Shown here piece by piece: positions 27,692 through 38,600 of a stretch of 64,000 bases of DNA. The translations under genes and the position numbers were made by a program. Each line of letters opens with the position of its first letter. Position 1 is the stretch's first letter. Under the pieces are notes generated by a model. It saw only the letters and a list, made by a program, of their open reading frames with translations. It made no database searches and was not told where the DNA came from. The stretch is from positions 32,001 through 96,000 of IMG/VR virus record IMGVR_UViG_3300036987_000310; one strand, written 5' to 3'. The stretch is from a virus (lineage: Duplodnaviria > Caudoviricetes).

Positions 27692-30241
27692 CTCGGCCCA
27701 AACGTAAGCCAACTTCCACAAACCGTTTCGCCGGGCGGCGGTTCTTTCACAGCCGAGGATCATTCCTGGGAGTGTCTTGTTTTTCAGCACAACAGGCCAG
27801 TCATGGACTGGGAAATGAACCTGAAAAATGAGATTGACGGGGCGTATGGCTTAGGACAACATGTTCGAAAAACGTTGTCTTCCGGTTTTCTCAATGGAGA
27901 TTTTTACGAGTCTGGAAGCGTCGGGAACTCCTTCTCGTTCTTGACTCCGACCGCAGGCAATGAGAACAGTTTTTTGATTGCGGCGTCTGACATTGTCGTC
28001 AATGGTTGGAGCATTCGATTCGAGTATTCGGACACGTCGACTGACGGTTGGAATCAGATACTCCTTCCTGTTCCGCCGGCATCTGGAACGGACACGAATG
28101 TGGTGATTCTAGAAGTTTGGCGGGCCCTCGTGGTGGCCGGAACCACTGACAACAAGAGCCTTTCCGGACAAATTTTGCGCTTCGGAAACGCCAAAGCTCC
28201 GGACTCCGGAACAAACAGAAACCTGGCCGACGATCTCACAGACGTCACATACTTGCAAGAGACACAGGCCAGAATTCAAATTCAGTACAGGTATAGAGTT
28301 GTTCCTGCGTGGGATCTGAGCACGTACCCGGAAGCTCCAGACCAAATCGTTGCCAACACGGTTCCATATCTCAGCGCTTCGGACGTTGACGGCGCTGCTT
28401 CAGCATATTCCTACGATCGGGTTGACGGGGACTCGGGGCTGTGGCGTGCAGGAAATGGGGACCTTGCCTCTACAATAGCTTTGGGGACCGTGGACGGGTA
28501 CATTTATGCCGTGCCTTTGTGTGCTGTTTTTAGGCGAAATTCCACGGCTTTCGATCGTGCCACCAACTTGAACGGCGCTGCTTTGATTGCCGCGGGAGTT
28601 TCAGACAGGCCAGACGGCTTTTTCTCCGACCAGATTGTTGCCGCTGATGTGCAAGATATGAGAAAAGGAATGTCCGCGGATTTCCAAGAAGTTCTTGCTA
28701 GAAATTTCCAGTATCTGATGCAGAACGAGCTCGGAACTGAGCATGAGACAACCGCAGACGATTGCTCCGGAACAACAATTTTCGCACGAGATTCCCTTGG
28801 AAGCGGGGATAGGCAGCCAGATGCAGTCAGGGTGTACTTTAGCGACCGCGCTGTCACGGAAACTGTTGTTTGCAGCGTAGACCTCACTGTCGCTCCATTT
28901 ACGCAATGTGACATAGACGCCACAGCCGTTCCAGTGATTTGGTATGGAGACGTTGACATAACGTCCCTGGCCCCTGTTGGAACCTCCATCCTGGAAGTCA
29001 GAAAAGTTCGCATTCGCATCAGCGACATCAGCGAAGAAGTGGACGGGCTCGATAACACAAATGGAAAAATCTATGTGGACAACATAGACCTGACGGCCAG
29101 CCACGTCACTTTGTATTTGCAAGAAGACGTGTCATATGCTGGTCCTCTTGAAGTCTTGGTGGAGCTTGCGATCGGATACCCCAGCGGATGCGGTCTAGAT
29201 CGGACTCCAAACGGATCTGTGGCTTTGTGGATGCCGACGGGGGCGTCGGCGTGGATAGACCCGGCTTTGGCTTCGGGTACTTCGGACGCCACAAGAAACA
29301 GTGTCGATTCGACTTTGTGGTCAATTGACAACGCCCATAGGGAAATTCGCGCGACGTTGAAGCAAACGTCCGACACTGTTTCCCTGTATGCTTCGCCAAC
29401 TGGCGACTATGTCATGCTCCCCCAAAGGCTTGATGGGTCCCAAGTTGACATAGACGATGGAATCAATCCTCCGTACTCCACCACGAACTACATGGTGGAC
29501 ACCGCATATACTCGCATTGAACTAAGCTTTGTTGTTGCCGCCAACACTTCCGTTGACGTCACTTATAATGCCACAATTCCGATTCCGCCAATTCCGGTCG
29601 CCCCGGACTCCACGTACGAAGTTTTTTACCAGTCCAAGGCTGTTCAATCCATCGCTGTTCCCGCTGGGTCCAATTACATAAAGCTTCGATTGCGCGCGAT
29701 GCCTTCTTTTTTGACGGTTTCAACCGCTGGTTCCGCCAGCCCGGACGATTTGACCTGGCCTTCCATGACCGGATTTAGTCAAATTCCAATGTCTGACTTG
29801 AGTTCAGATAGCGCCGTTAACTCGTCTCTAGAGGTGCAGCTTCCATCTTCGAGCCCCATAGCCAGTGGAGTTGCTGATCTTTCGTTGAAATTTTCGTATC
29901 TTCAAAATGGCGAAGTGATCCTGGTAAATCTTGGAGACGCGACGCAGGACGCTGACGGGAGACACTTTTGGCCACGCACAAATTATGACGGGGTGTCGTT
30001 TTACGGATACCCAGATTTGACGTCCGATGTTCTTCGTCGCACTTTGTTTCCTGTTCTCATGGAAGTTGTTTCGACGGATACAAACATGGTCAGACCCGGA
30101 ACCCTTGTTCTGGCAGTGTTCACATCGTTCGATTTTGGGTCTCAGCCCGTCGTGTCGTTGTCCACGTCCACGGGGTCTGGATGCGCTGCTCTATATAGGG
30201 TTCGAGGCAATCTGACGAACCCTAGGAGACTCACTCCATGA
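27677..30241 (+). CDS. Virion structural protein, paralog of 30957-35645
   Basis: Shares LEVW, RFGN, RIQIQYRxRVV, GLWRAG, GTVDGYxYAxPLCAVFRRN and RPDG motifs with the downstream 1562-aa protein. Confidence 0.7.
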   Translation: MAYKQLGPNVSQLPQTVSPGGGSFTAEDHSWECLVFQHNRPVMDWEMNLKNEIDGAYGLGQHVRKTLSSGFLNGDFYESGSVGNSFSFLTPTAGNENSFLIAASDIVVNGWSIRFEYSDTSTDGWNQILLPVPPASGTDTNVVILEVWRALVVAGTTDNKSLSGQILRFGNAKAPDSGTNRNLADDLTDVTYLQETQARIQIQYRYRVVPAWDLSTYPEAPDQIVANTVPYLSASDVDGAASAYSYDRVDGDSGLWRAGNGDLASTIALGTVDGYIYAVPLCAVFRRNSTAFDRATNLNGAALIAAGVSDRPDGFFSDQIVAADVQDMRKGMSADFQEVLARNFQYLMQNELGTEHETTADDCSGTTIFARDSLGSGDRQPDAVRVYFSDRAVTETVVCSVDLTVAPFTQCDIDATAVPVIWYGDVDITSLAPVGTSILEVRKVRIRISDISEEVDGLDNTNGKIYVDNIDLTASHVTLYLQEDVSYAGPLEVLVELAIGYPSGCGLDRTPNGSVALWMPTGASAWIDPALASGTSDATRNSVDSTLWSIDNAHREIRATLKQTSDTVSLYASPTGDYVMLPQRLDGSQVDIDDGINPPYSTTNYMVDTAYTRIELSFVVAANTSVDVTYNATIPIPPIPVAPDSTYEVFYQSKAVQSIAVPAGSNYIKLRLRAMPSFLTVSTAGSASPDDLTWPSMTGFSQIPMSDLSSDSAVNSSLEVQLPSSSPIASGVADLSLKFSYLQNGEVILVNLGDATQDADGRHFWPRTNYDGVSFYGYPDLTSDVLRRTLFPVLMEVVSTDTNMVRPGTLVLAVFTSFDFGSQPVVSLSTSTGSGCAALYRVRGNLTNPRRLTP

Positions 30242-30879
30242 AGTTTTTAGCTCGAAGAAGCAACGGCCAAATTGTTGGTCGTTTTGCGGATTCAGACATC
30301 AGGTTTCCTTTGCCGAGCGACATCATTGTTATGGACTCGGCTACCGACATTTTAGAGAGAGACCTCCCAAGCGGATCCAACTTGGAAACATTTTCGGATG
30401 CCAAGTTGGCGTCGTTCAAAAGTTTGCACCCTCTTTTCACGCACTCCCTTTCGATGTGCGAAGAGATGATAGTCCCGAATTGTGACCTGAACCACTCGAA
30501 CCTTGTGACCAGAGGTCCAGGAAAAACTACAATTGTTCGCCCCGGCGGGAAGATGGTCAGCGAAACAATCGCATGCGATAACACCGTTGCGTTTTGTTTT
30601 CGCTACCATGCTTTCATCATGGGGTCCCCGACCGGGAAGCCTAACTTGCGATACTATAATTTTGACGAAACACTGCAGGAGTTCGTGACGCCAAACATCA
30701 CAGTGTCCATGGTTGACGCCGTGGACCCAAACAGCATTTTGGACTTTGTCACATTCGATGCTGAGGGAGCGTTCGGCTATTTTCCTGATTTTCGGATGGC
30801 GTTTGAGAACAGTGGGTCTGTGCCGCTATTCGTGTCTGGGTGGTCGTTCATCACTTACAAAACAAGGTTGGAAGTCTAA
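30238..30879 (+). CDS. Hypothetical virion-block protein
   Basis: 213 aa, ATGA-coupled to the upstream gene. Confidence 0.65.
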   Translation: MKFLARRSNGQIVGRFADSDIRFPLPSDIIVMDSATDILERDLPSGSNLETFSDAKLASFKSLHPLFTHSLSMCEEMIVPNCDLNHSNLVTRGPGKTTIVRPGGKMVSETIACDNTVAFCFRYHAFIMGSPTGKPNLRYYNFDETLQEFVTPNITVSMVDAVDPNSILDFVTFDAEGAFGYFPDFRMAFENSGSVPLFVSGWSFITYKTRLEV

Positions 30880-30956
30880 TCAATACTGTTTAAGTCTAAG
30901 CCACTTATGCGGTTTTTTGATGGCCACAATAATGACTACGACGGAGCTGTGCGAAT

Positions 30957-33900
30957 ATGCCGACTAATCCTCTCGGACCAGGCGTGTCACGCTACATTGA
31001 CGATAGAGACCGGCAATACGCGGCTGTTGTGTTTCAAAAGGTTAAGCCACCGTGTGACGCTGAGCTGAACCTCATTTCTTTGATTGATCTGGAGACGCGT
31101 GCCGACATCGTTAGGTCTACACATCCTTCCGGATGGCTCACTGACCCGTCAAATCCATACGGGGATTATAGCACGCATCCGTCAAACTCGAATCAGTTTT
31201 ACTTCGGCAGAAACTCGTCTACTGAAGTCAGAAATTTGACATGGGCTGTCGTAAATGGGTGGCTTGTTCCTGTCGCTGGAACTAGAACCGGCAGTCCCCC
31301 ATTGGCTCCTGATGATGTCAACACATGGAACCGCATAGCTCTAAACCCACCCAGCACGTCAACTGGCGGCAATCGCGCAGAGTTTGTGTTTCTTGAGGTG
31401 TGGCTCGCAAGAATAGACCCGGACCCAGCTCCTCCCACGATTGCTCCAGGAAAACCGCAGCGCGGGTCGGTTTGGCGATTCGGGAACGTTGAAGGTGGTT
31501 TCTCGTTCTTGCCGGACGGAATCATTGACCCAGATTTAAACATTGAAACGACAAAGCGCGTGCAGATCCAGTATAGGATTCGCGTTGTGGCAGATGCCAA
31601 CATGACGCAAAATCCTGAAGGGTTTGACCAAACGATGGTTTTTGCTCAGGGGCTTTTGTCATCCCAGAGCGCAATTCCGTTTCAAAACATGCGGCAGGAG
31701 CTTGGGGACCCGGGTTTGTGGCGCGCCGGGACGGGGGACCCCGCAACTTTTGGAACGGTCGATGGATACGTGTACGCGATTCCTTTGTGTGCCGTGTTCA
31801 GACGAAACTCTGCTGGATTTTCGGACATTGGGAACCTTGCTGGAGGCTTCAACAGAAACAGCGTCGCGACAAATCGCAACGGAGCAACAGCGTATGCGAA
31901 CGATGTTTTCTTGCCGTTTGACCTGCTCAGCACTGATTCGTCGTTCACTTTGACAAGCATAGCTGGGACGTTTCTGTCCACCATGACTTCGTTCGGGGAG
32001 GCATACTTCAAAATTGACGACGAGATTGTCAAAGTTGACAGCATTGTTCAAACCGGTCCGACTGCGTTTGTCGTCAACATCAACCGTGGAGCCTTGCAGA
32101 CGGTCATCAGGGACCACAAATCTGGAACGATTGCTATTCTTGTCACGACAAGGCCCGACGGCTTGTATGCTGACCAGGTTGCGTCGACAGACATCTTGGA
32201 CATGCGACACGCTGTGTCGGAGAGCTTCGATTACGGAACTGTTCTCAAAACAAACTTGACAGAGCTGTTGAAGGGGAATCTGAGGACGACGTGGAAGAGA
32301 TATGGGTCCACAAACTCTGCAGGCCCTATTGTGTTTTATGGGGACAGAGTCACCGATTCTTCCGTGTTTGTTGGAGGCTTGTCGAGGTTGGACGAGCCAA
32401 ATGGAAATCGGCGCGCATTTTCCGATGCTGTCGTCACTGAGCGCTATACGGCCACGGCTATCGTTCCATCAGACGCCGGAACGATATTAGATTATTTGAC
32501 TGTCAACGTGGTTCCGTATGTCAATCAGGTTCAGTGGACCGGTTCAGATGCATCTCGCGTTCCCGGATCCGGACTCAGACTGAATGGCGGAATCGACTGG
32601 TGGTGGAACGGCGACGAAATTACCATAAAGCTGTCCGATTTTCAGGCTGGCTTGCCGACATCGGACGCTGACCAAGTTCGATTTGTTCTTCCAAGCGAAG
32701 ATGAAGACGCCGTGCTCATCCACTTCGAGGGCATGACCACTGATCCCAACGGGGGTGAGCCAACGGATCCGCCTGAGACTGCTCCCACGGCTACGATTCC
32801 GACCATGGACGACGCCGGAAACGTTTACGCGCCTATTGGCAATCGCATTCTAAAGCATGGCCAGGGCATCACGGTGTCCACGAACATGTCAGGAGACCTT
32901 GTCATCACGCTGAACTCTGGGACTGCAGGGTTCATGCTAGACGAGTTCACTGACGCCATGTTTGGTTTTGCGACACCCACGCAAGCTCTTGCTGTGCTCA
33001 CGACCATGCACATAGAGTTTGCGGTAGTTTACGGAGCCGGACGAGGTTTGTCGCACAAGCCGAAGCACATCCACACAGTGAACTGGCTTGGAAGCCCAAG
33101 CAACTCGTCCAAGGTCATGCTGCGGCCCGGCCTTCCTTCCATGAACCGTATGATTCCCACATACTTGGGCGAATCTCCGCTGGTTCAAACCGGGAAAAAC
33201 AGAACGCTGGCCCGAACGTCCGAGGTCATGGTGGACCCCGGGTCAAAGTCTGTGTATGTGGCTCCATATCGAAATATGCTGATTCCGAGTCTTTTGGCTC
33301 GAAGTGGATATCAACTGAACTGGTTTGGAGCTTCACCTTTCACGTTTCAGGGCCCGATGCCTGAGCTCAGTCAAGACGGGTCCACGGTGGTCCACGCCAC
33401 GACTGATCCGCTTGACTTGTTCTATAGCCATCGCTTGAACGGCGTAGTCAACTACGCTCTGACAAGATACGTCGAGATTCCAATGGAATGGCTGCCGCGT
33501 CCCGGCTTGCACCACATTCCGATCATGGCTGTCACAAACAGCGTGTTTTCTTCTGGCTTGAACCTTTTGCTCATGTCGAAGAAAGGCCCATTTGTTGGAC
33601 CAAACACGTCCGATTGGAATAGAAACCTTGTTAGCTATCCGGACAGGGCTGGATACTATATTGTGACTCCTCGTCCCTCTGAGACTTACGGGGGGTCCAG
33701 TGGCTCCTACTCGATTTTCGGGCAGAAATACACTAATTCGAAGATTTCTTTGGCGGATGGAACATACTTCAGAGGCATTCAATTCCCTCCGTTCATGGCT
33801 CCTGCTCGAATAACCGGCGTTTACTTGAGAGACCCGGCGACCTATCCGGTGGTTCCGAACCTCAGTCCCTTCGATTTAAACCGTCAATACGTTGGACTTC

Positions 33901-35645
33901 CGGGTTCCGATGTGAACCTGCTTCGTGACGATTGCGACGCTGCCACTGTTCTTCTTGACGTCGACACCAACGGCGATCTGACTTTCATTCTGAGCTTGGA
34001 CGCGATAGACCTAAGCAAAGCTCCGGCTGGAACCACGTTTGAAAGTTCACACTTTTTGGTTGAATGCACACTGTTTGCATTTGATCGCGGGTTCCTTCAA
34101 ACAAACGGGCGCTTGCTGGTTTGCAAAACCACTGGTGGCGGCTCGGTGTCGATTGACGTCAACGGATTCACCAACGCCACAGATGCAGCTGTCGGAATCA
34201 TCGCGCCAGCGCCGATGACCTCTGGTGCCACAAACAATGAAGTCACGATTTACTATAGTCGTGTGCCATATCAGGGGGACGTGTTCGGGACTCAAAACGC
34301 ATACTCGGACGATCCTCAGCGCGTTGGACCTCTAACTATCGGCGAAGCTCAAGCAGTGTTTCAGCACCCGCTCGGGTCTCCTGACACGTTAAGTTTGCAA
34401 AACAAGACCGGGTTTGAGATTCTGGCTTCGATGTCGTTCACTACTTCTCTTGGAACCGGCAGACTTTCCGGTTCAACCCCAATTCCTCTTCTCAGCACTG
34501 TCAGCAACCCTGATGGAGTCCCGGACTACGTCGGAACCTTGGTCGATCTTGATAGAAGGTTTTCGCTAAATCGTGTTGGGTATGAAGATTGGGCAACTCA
34601 AAAATTCCCGATTACCGCTGCATCTGTTGCCAATAGGCCGGAAATTAAAAGAGATGGCCTTTCAGAGGTTTACGATAGGGATTTGCACCCAGAGTTTGCC
34701 GGGTGTGTGAGCAATCTCCCGCTGGGAATATGGTTCAGAGACAAGGATTTCGTTGGAAAAATCCTATATCAAACCAGGTCGGCGTCTGACGCTGCTTCAA
34801 TTCCGATTGGAACTCTATCGTTTCACCCGTTCCACTCCGCTCAGACTTTATCAACTGCAGGGTTTTCGCGCTGGGAAGGCACCGAATTCGTGTGTGGAAG
34901 CGCGTCTAACGTGACTGGCGTCGGCAGCGAATCCCTGATCAAGGTTGACGGAACATCTGTGCCGACAGACGTGTACAATTTCAAGACGACAAGAGGTGGC
35001 GCTGCGTACTCGGTCACGACTCCTTGGGCTGGCACTGACATCGCTGCCAAGGTTACAAAGGCCAAGCCGAATGCTGAAGTTGGCTCTGTTCTAGCAGGCG
35101 TAGCCTATTTGGTCCGATCGCAGCCGGAAACGGTCGGTTCTGTTGAAGTTCATGCAGGGCACGAGCTTCAAATGTTCATCGTAACTCAAGCGTCTCCGTC
35201 ATATTTCCGGGGCACGGAGGTAGTCCACTCTGCCTCTGGAACGAATGAGGGCTTTACAGCCGTTGACAGGTTCCGGATTTGGGGAAGGCCCCTCCAAAAG
35301 CAGAGAGGCGGCGTCGACATGTCGATTGTTCCGTCTGCAAAGCCTGTATTTGTGAACGATGTGTGGGATGATCCGATCTTTTACGGATCCAGCGACCCCA
35401 GCTTGTCGTCGTACAAGCAGGAAGCTGTCACAATTTCGTCAAATGGGCAAACGCTGTTTCCGAACGCTCTCAGCGTCAGGCCGCTTGATCCGTCGACAGT
35501 TCAAGCCTATTTGAACGGAGTGAAGCTTCGATATGGAGTCGATTACATTGTTGGCGGGCCGCCTTTGAATAGAGATTTGACGTATATGGGGGCCCCTTCT
35601 CTTGTTGTTGCTGACGTTCTTGAAGTTTGGTACGCACAGCTCTAA
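30957..35645 (+). CDS. Large virion structural/tail protein (1562 aa)
   Basis: N-terminal domain paralogous to the 27677 gene. C-terminal small domain (VQAYLNGVKLRYGVDY) is common in tail proteins. SD GGAG. Confidence 0.75.
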   Translation: MPTNPLGPGVSRYIDDRDRQYAAVVFQKVKPPCDAELNLISLIDLETRADIVRSTHPSGWLTDPSNPYGDYSTHPSNSNQFYFGRNSSTEVRNLTWAVVNGWLVPVAGTRTGSPPLAPDDVNTWNRIALNPPSTSTGGNRAEFVFLEVWLARIDPDPAPPTIAPGKPQRGSVWRFGNVEGGFSFLPDGIIDPDLNIETTKRVQIQYRIRVVADANMTQNPEGFDQTMVFAQGLLSSQSAIPFQNMRQELGDPGLWRAGTGDPATFGTVDGYVYAIPLCAVFRRNSAGFSDIGNLAGGFNRNSVATNRNGATAYANDVFLPFDLLSTDSSFTLTSIAGTFLSTMTSFGEAYFKIDDEIVKVDSIVQTGPTAFVVNINRGALQTVIRDHKSGTIAILVTTRPDGLYADQVASTDILDMRHAVSESFDYGTVLKTNLTELLKGNLRTTWKRYGSTNSAGPIVFYGDRVTDSSVFVGGLSRLDEPNGNRRAFSDAVVTERYTATAIVPSDAGTILDYLTVNVVPYVNQVQWTGSDASRVPGSGLRLNGGIDWWWNGDEITIKLSDFQAGLPTSDADQVRFVLPSEDEDAVLIHFEGMTTDPNGGEPTDPPETAPTATIPTMDDAGNVYAPIGNRILKHGQGITVSTNMSGDLVITLNSGTAGFMLDEFTDAMFGFATPTQALAVLTTMHIEFAVVYGAGRGLSHKPKHIHTVNWLGSPSNSSKVMLRPGLPSMNRMIPTYLGESPLVQTGKNRTLARTSEVMVDPGSKSVYVAPYRNMLIPSLLARSGYQLNWFGASPFTFQGPMPELSQDGSTVVHATTDPLDLFYSHRLNGVVNYALTRYVEIPMEWLPRPGLHHIPIMAVTNSVFSSGLNLLLMSKKGPFVGPNTSDWNRNLVSYPDRAGYYIVTPRPSETYGGSSGSYSIFGQKYTNSKISLADGTYFRGIQFPPFMAPARITGVYLRDPATYPVVPNLSPFDLNRQYVGLPGSDVNLLRDDCDAATVLLDVDTNGDLTFILSLDAIDLSKAPAGTTFESSHFLVECTLFAFDRGFLQTNGRLLVCKTTGGGSVSIDVNGFTNATDAAVGIIAPAPMTSGATNNEVTIYYSRVPYQGDVFGTQNAYSDDPQRVGPLTIGEAQAVFQHPLGSPDTLSLQNKTGFEILASMSFTTSLGTGRLSGSTPIPLLSTVSNPDGVPDYVGTLVDLDRRFSLNRVGYEDWATQKFPITAASVANRPEIKRDGLSEVYDRDLHPEFAGCVSNLPLGIWFRDKDFVGKILYQTRSASDAASIPIGTLSFHPFHSAQTLSTAGFSRWEGTEFVCGSASNVTGVGSESLIKVDGTSVPTDVYNFKTTRGGAAYSVTTPWAGTDIAAKVTKAKPNAEVGSVLAGVAYLVRSQPETVGSVEVHAGHELQMFIVTQASPSYFRGTEVVHSASGTNEGFTAVDRFRIWGRPLQKQRGGVDMSIVPSAKPVFVNDVWDDPIFYGSSDPSLSSYKQEAVTISSNGQTLFPNALSVRPLDPSTVQAYLNGVKLRYGVDYIVGGPPLNRDLTYMGAPSLVVADVLEVWYAQL

Positions 35646-35669
35646 TGACGGGTGGACTGAGGAATTAAC

Positions 35670-38600
35670 ATGACTAGGCCTCGCGCATATCAGGTAAACG
35701 ACCCCGGAACTCATCACGTCAAGTTTCAGTTGCCGACCGTTCCAACTTCGTCGACGATGAGTTTTGTTGGCGGAGACTACACTGATTTTCTAAACGCTAC
35801 TGAAACTCAAATTTATGGCGGGGCAGAAGAGCCTCTTCCCGCAAGAATTGTTGGGCCAACGCAAGAGCCTTTCACCAATATTTTTTCGGCCAACCAGCTT
35901 GGGATAGTCATGACCGGCGTAAACAGCGGTCTTGTCATGCCAGTCATTTTTCAGGCGGGAGATTTTGTGACAATCGGGGGAATTTCTTCCCTTACAGTTT
36001 CAAAATTGGCTGCAAGAATTAACGCTACGTTGGCAACATACGGTGTCACCTATGCTGCAGCAACAAATGAAAACGGATATCTGAACGTTGTTAGCGCCTT
36101 CGGGGCTGACATGTCTACCGGGGTTGGCGCTTCCGTGACTCTGACGGAAACTGGTTTCACCGCCGGGATTATTCAAAAGCTTGGTTTCGGAGCCGTTTCG
36201 TCGGTAACTGCTTCCGGGTCCGCTCCCACTCGAGGAATAATAACAGAATCCGCCGACGGGCGCGGCGGACACTTTCCTCTCAGATACACGAATGGCGAAT
36301 CTGTTTTGTCTCAAACGACAAATTTGATTGGCTGGGTTGACAGTTCTTCAAGAATCAAAGCATGGCCAAACATTGTTGGTGGCCAAACAATATACGGGCG
36401 TCTTTCCCGTACGTCCACGCCGTCGTGGAAACTATCGTTTTTTGCAAACGGATATCAACCTCCCACTGTCACGTCAATTGGCGGCAACTTCTGCGCTTTA
36501 ACGGCGGCAGACACAATTCGTTTCCAGGTTAGCGGAATTGATCCGATTGATGGGAACAGCTTCAGCATACTGACAACTGTCAATTTTAACCTCGTCATCA
36601 ACAGCGTCGTCGATGTTGTGAACGCCATCAACGCAGCTTGGTGGACTGCGTCTGGCAGTGGTCAGGGGACAATGGTGTCCTCTTTGCCTGAACCGTATGT
36701 TCTAGAGTCTACAGATTCTATATACATTCGCGTTGACGGGTCCACAGCCATAACGGTCACTTTTAGCGCTGCAGACGGTCCGATGACCGCCAAAAGCGTT
36801 GTTGACGCAATCAATGCTGCATGGACTCTAGCCGGACAACCTGGGGTTCTTGCTTATGTTCATGTCATTGGCGGTTTGAATTATGTGAAGCTTGTTTCGC
36901 AAACAGTTTCCGGCCCCACTTCCAGCGTTGAAGTTGCTGGCGCGCGCACTGCGATAAACAAAATTGGCTTTCCTTATGGGAAGGTGACGGGGTCAAATCT
37001 GGTCAGCGTCTATGGGCAATCAGAGCTCAGAGTTTTGGTCCCGATCATTGATGTGATGGACGGTGGCGGGTCCGTGTCGATGTTTATCATGAACATGCTC
37101 GGATCAGCCAAAACTCTGCTCGGGCTCGGACATGTGACGTCATGGGTGTACGCTAGCGTTCAAGAGATTGAAGCCACGCCGATAATCTATCCTGACACAT
37201 CAGGAAGCGTTGGCATAAATATGCTCATTCCCGAAGTCATGGAACTGGGGGAGGTTCCCCTGGATGAAATGACTACGCTGCAGGAGTTTGTGAACCAAGA
37301 CACTGTTCAACAAGTTAGAACATGGGCCGGAGCAACCAACGCAAACCGCCCCGTCGTATATGACCGTAACGGCCGGGTTTCAAAAAACGCCGCCGCCGGC
37401 ATGGTGTATGACGTTCTTGAAGCCAAGGGAGTTGTTCTTGGCAGCGATCAATCAAACAACTACACCCCGCGTTTGAACATTCCTTTTAGGTACGACGCCG
37501 CCGCTGTCGACGTCGTCACCGCTCTTTCCGAATCATTTGCGACTCCGTCAAACGTGGCAAGCGCGAGTCCAGTGACTCAAGCGTTCAGAAAATATGTCGT
37601 CAACAATCAGACCTTGACTCACGACTACGCGTCTTGGAATGCGAAACGGGCTGCGCAATGGGAAAAAGACATTGATGGACGCGTAGCTGCGGCCATGTCG
37701 TTCGACAGTCGAGGCAACTTTGCAATAGCTATTCGAGATGCGGCAAACAATGCTCCGTGGTCTGTTTGGGACCGCATGCCTTTTACGATTGATCTGAGCA
37801 CGCCAGACTCTCCAACGCTCTATTTGAGAGGGTCTTCTGCAACAATTTCCACGCCAGATTCCAGAATGACGCTGATCGACGCCAACATATCCGGAAACAC
37901 TGTTGGAGAAAATCACGTTTCTGCTTATTACAACGGTGGTCAATTTCTGCGCATAGCCGATCGTGACGCCACGGAGCTTGATGACGGGTACTCGTTGATG
38001 CATTCTGTCAACGCTCGCGCGTCAGTTACATGTGGCGACGGGGTTAACACTTTCGGAGACTTTAACGGAACCAATGCAATTTCTTCAGCCATAAACTTCA
38101 TAGAGACCAATGTTTCTCCTAACGCAAATGCGACAATCTATGTCAAAAAAGGCGTTTACAAAGCGAGTTCGCCGATAAACACAAGTTTAAACTTGTCGAT
38201 AATCGGGGTTGCGCAAGCTGACGACACAGCAAGCTGCACAATATACAATCCGTCATCCATAGGGGACACGCTTACAATAACGAGATCCGGAAATAACGGG
38301 TCTCTACACCTGAAAAATGTCAACCTGCTTTTTGACATCAGCGGCGTTTCTTCAAGGTACAGCCTGGTTTTGGTGGACGGAGCCACTGTAGTAGCTGAGG
38401 ACTGTTCGATTAAACAAACGAAGATTGAGAATCCAATTCCTCAATCCGAAAGTAATGAAGGAGTTTGTGGACGTCCAGCACAAGGTGTATTTAGGCGTTG
38501 CAGAATGTCCAATATTGGCTTGAATGGAAGGCCGATACTAACGTTTAACAACGTTGTTAGCGGAAACAGTTTTGTTTTTGAAAATTGCATGTTCAAGGCC

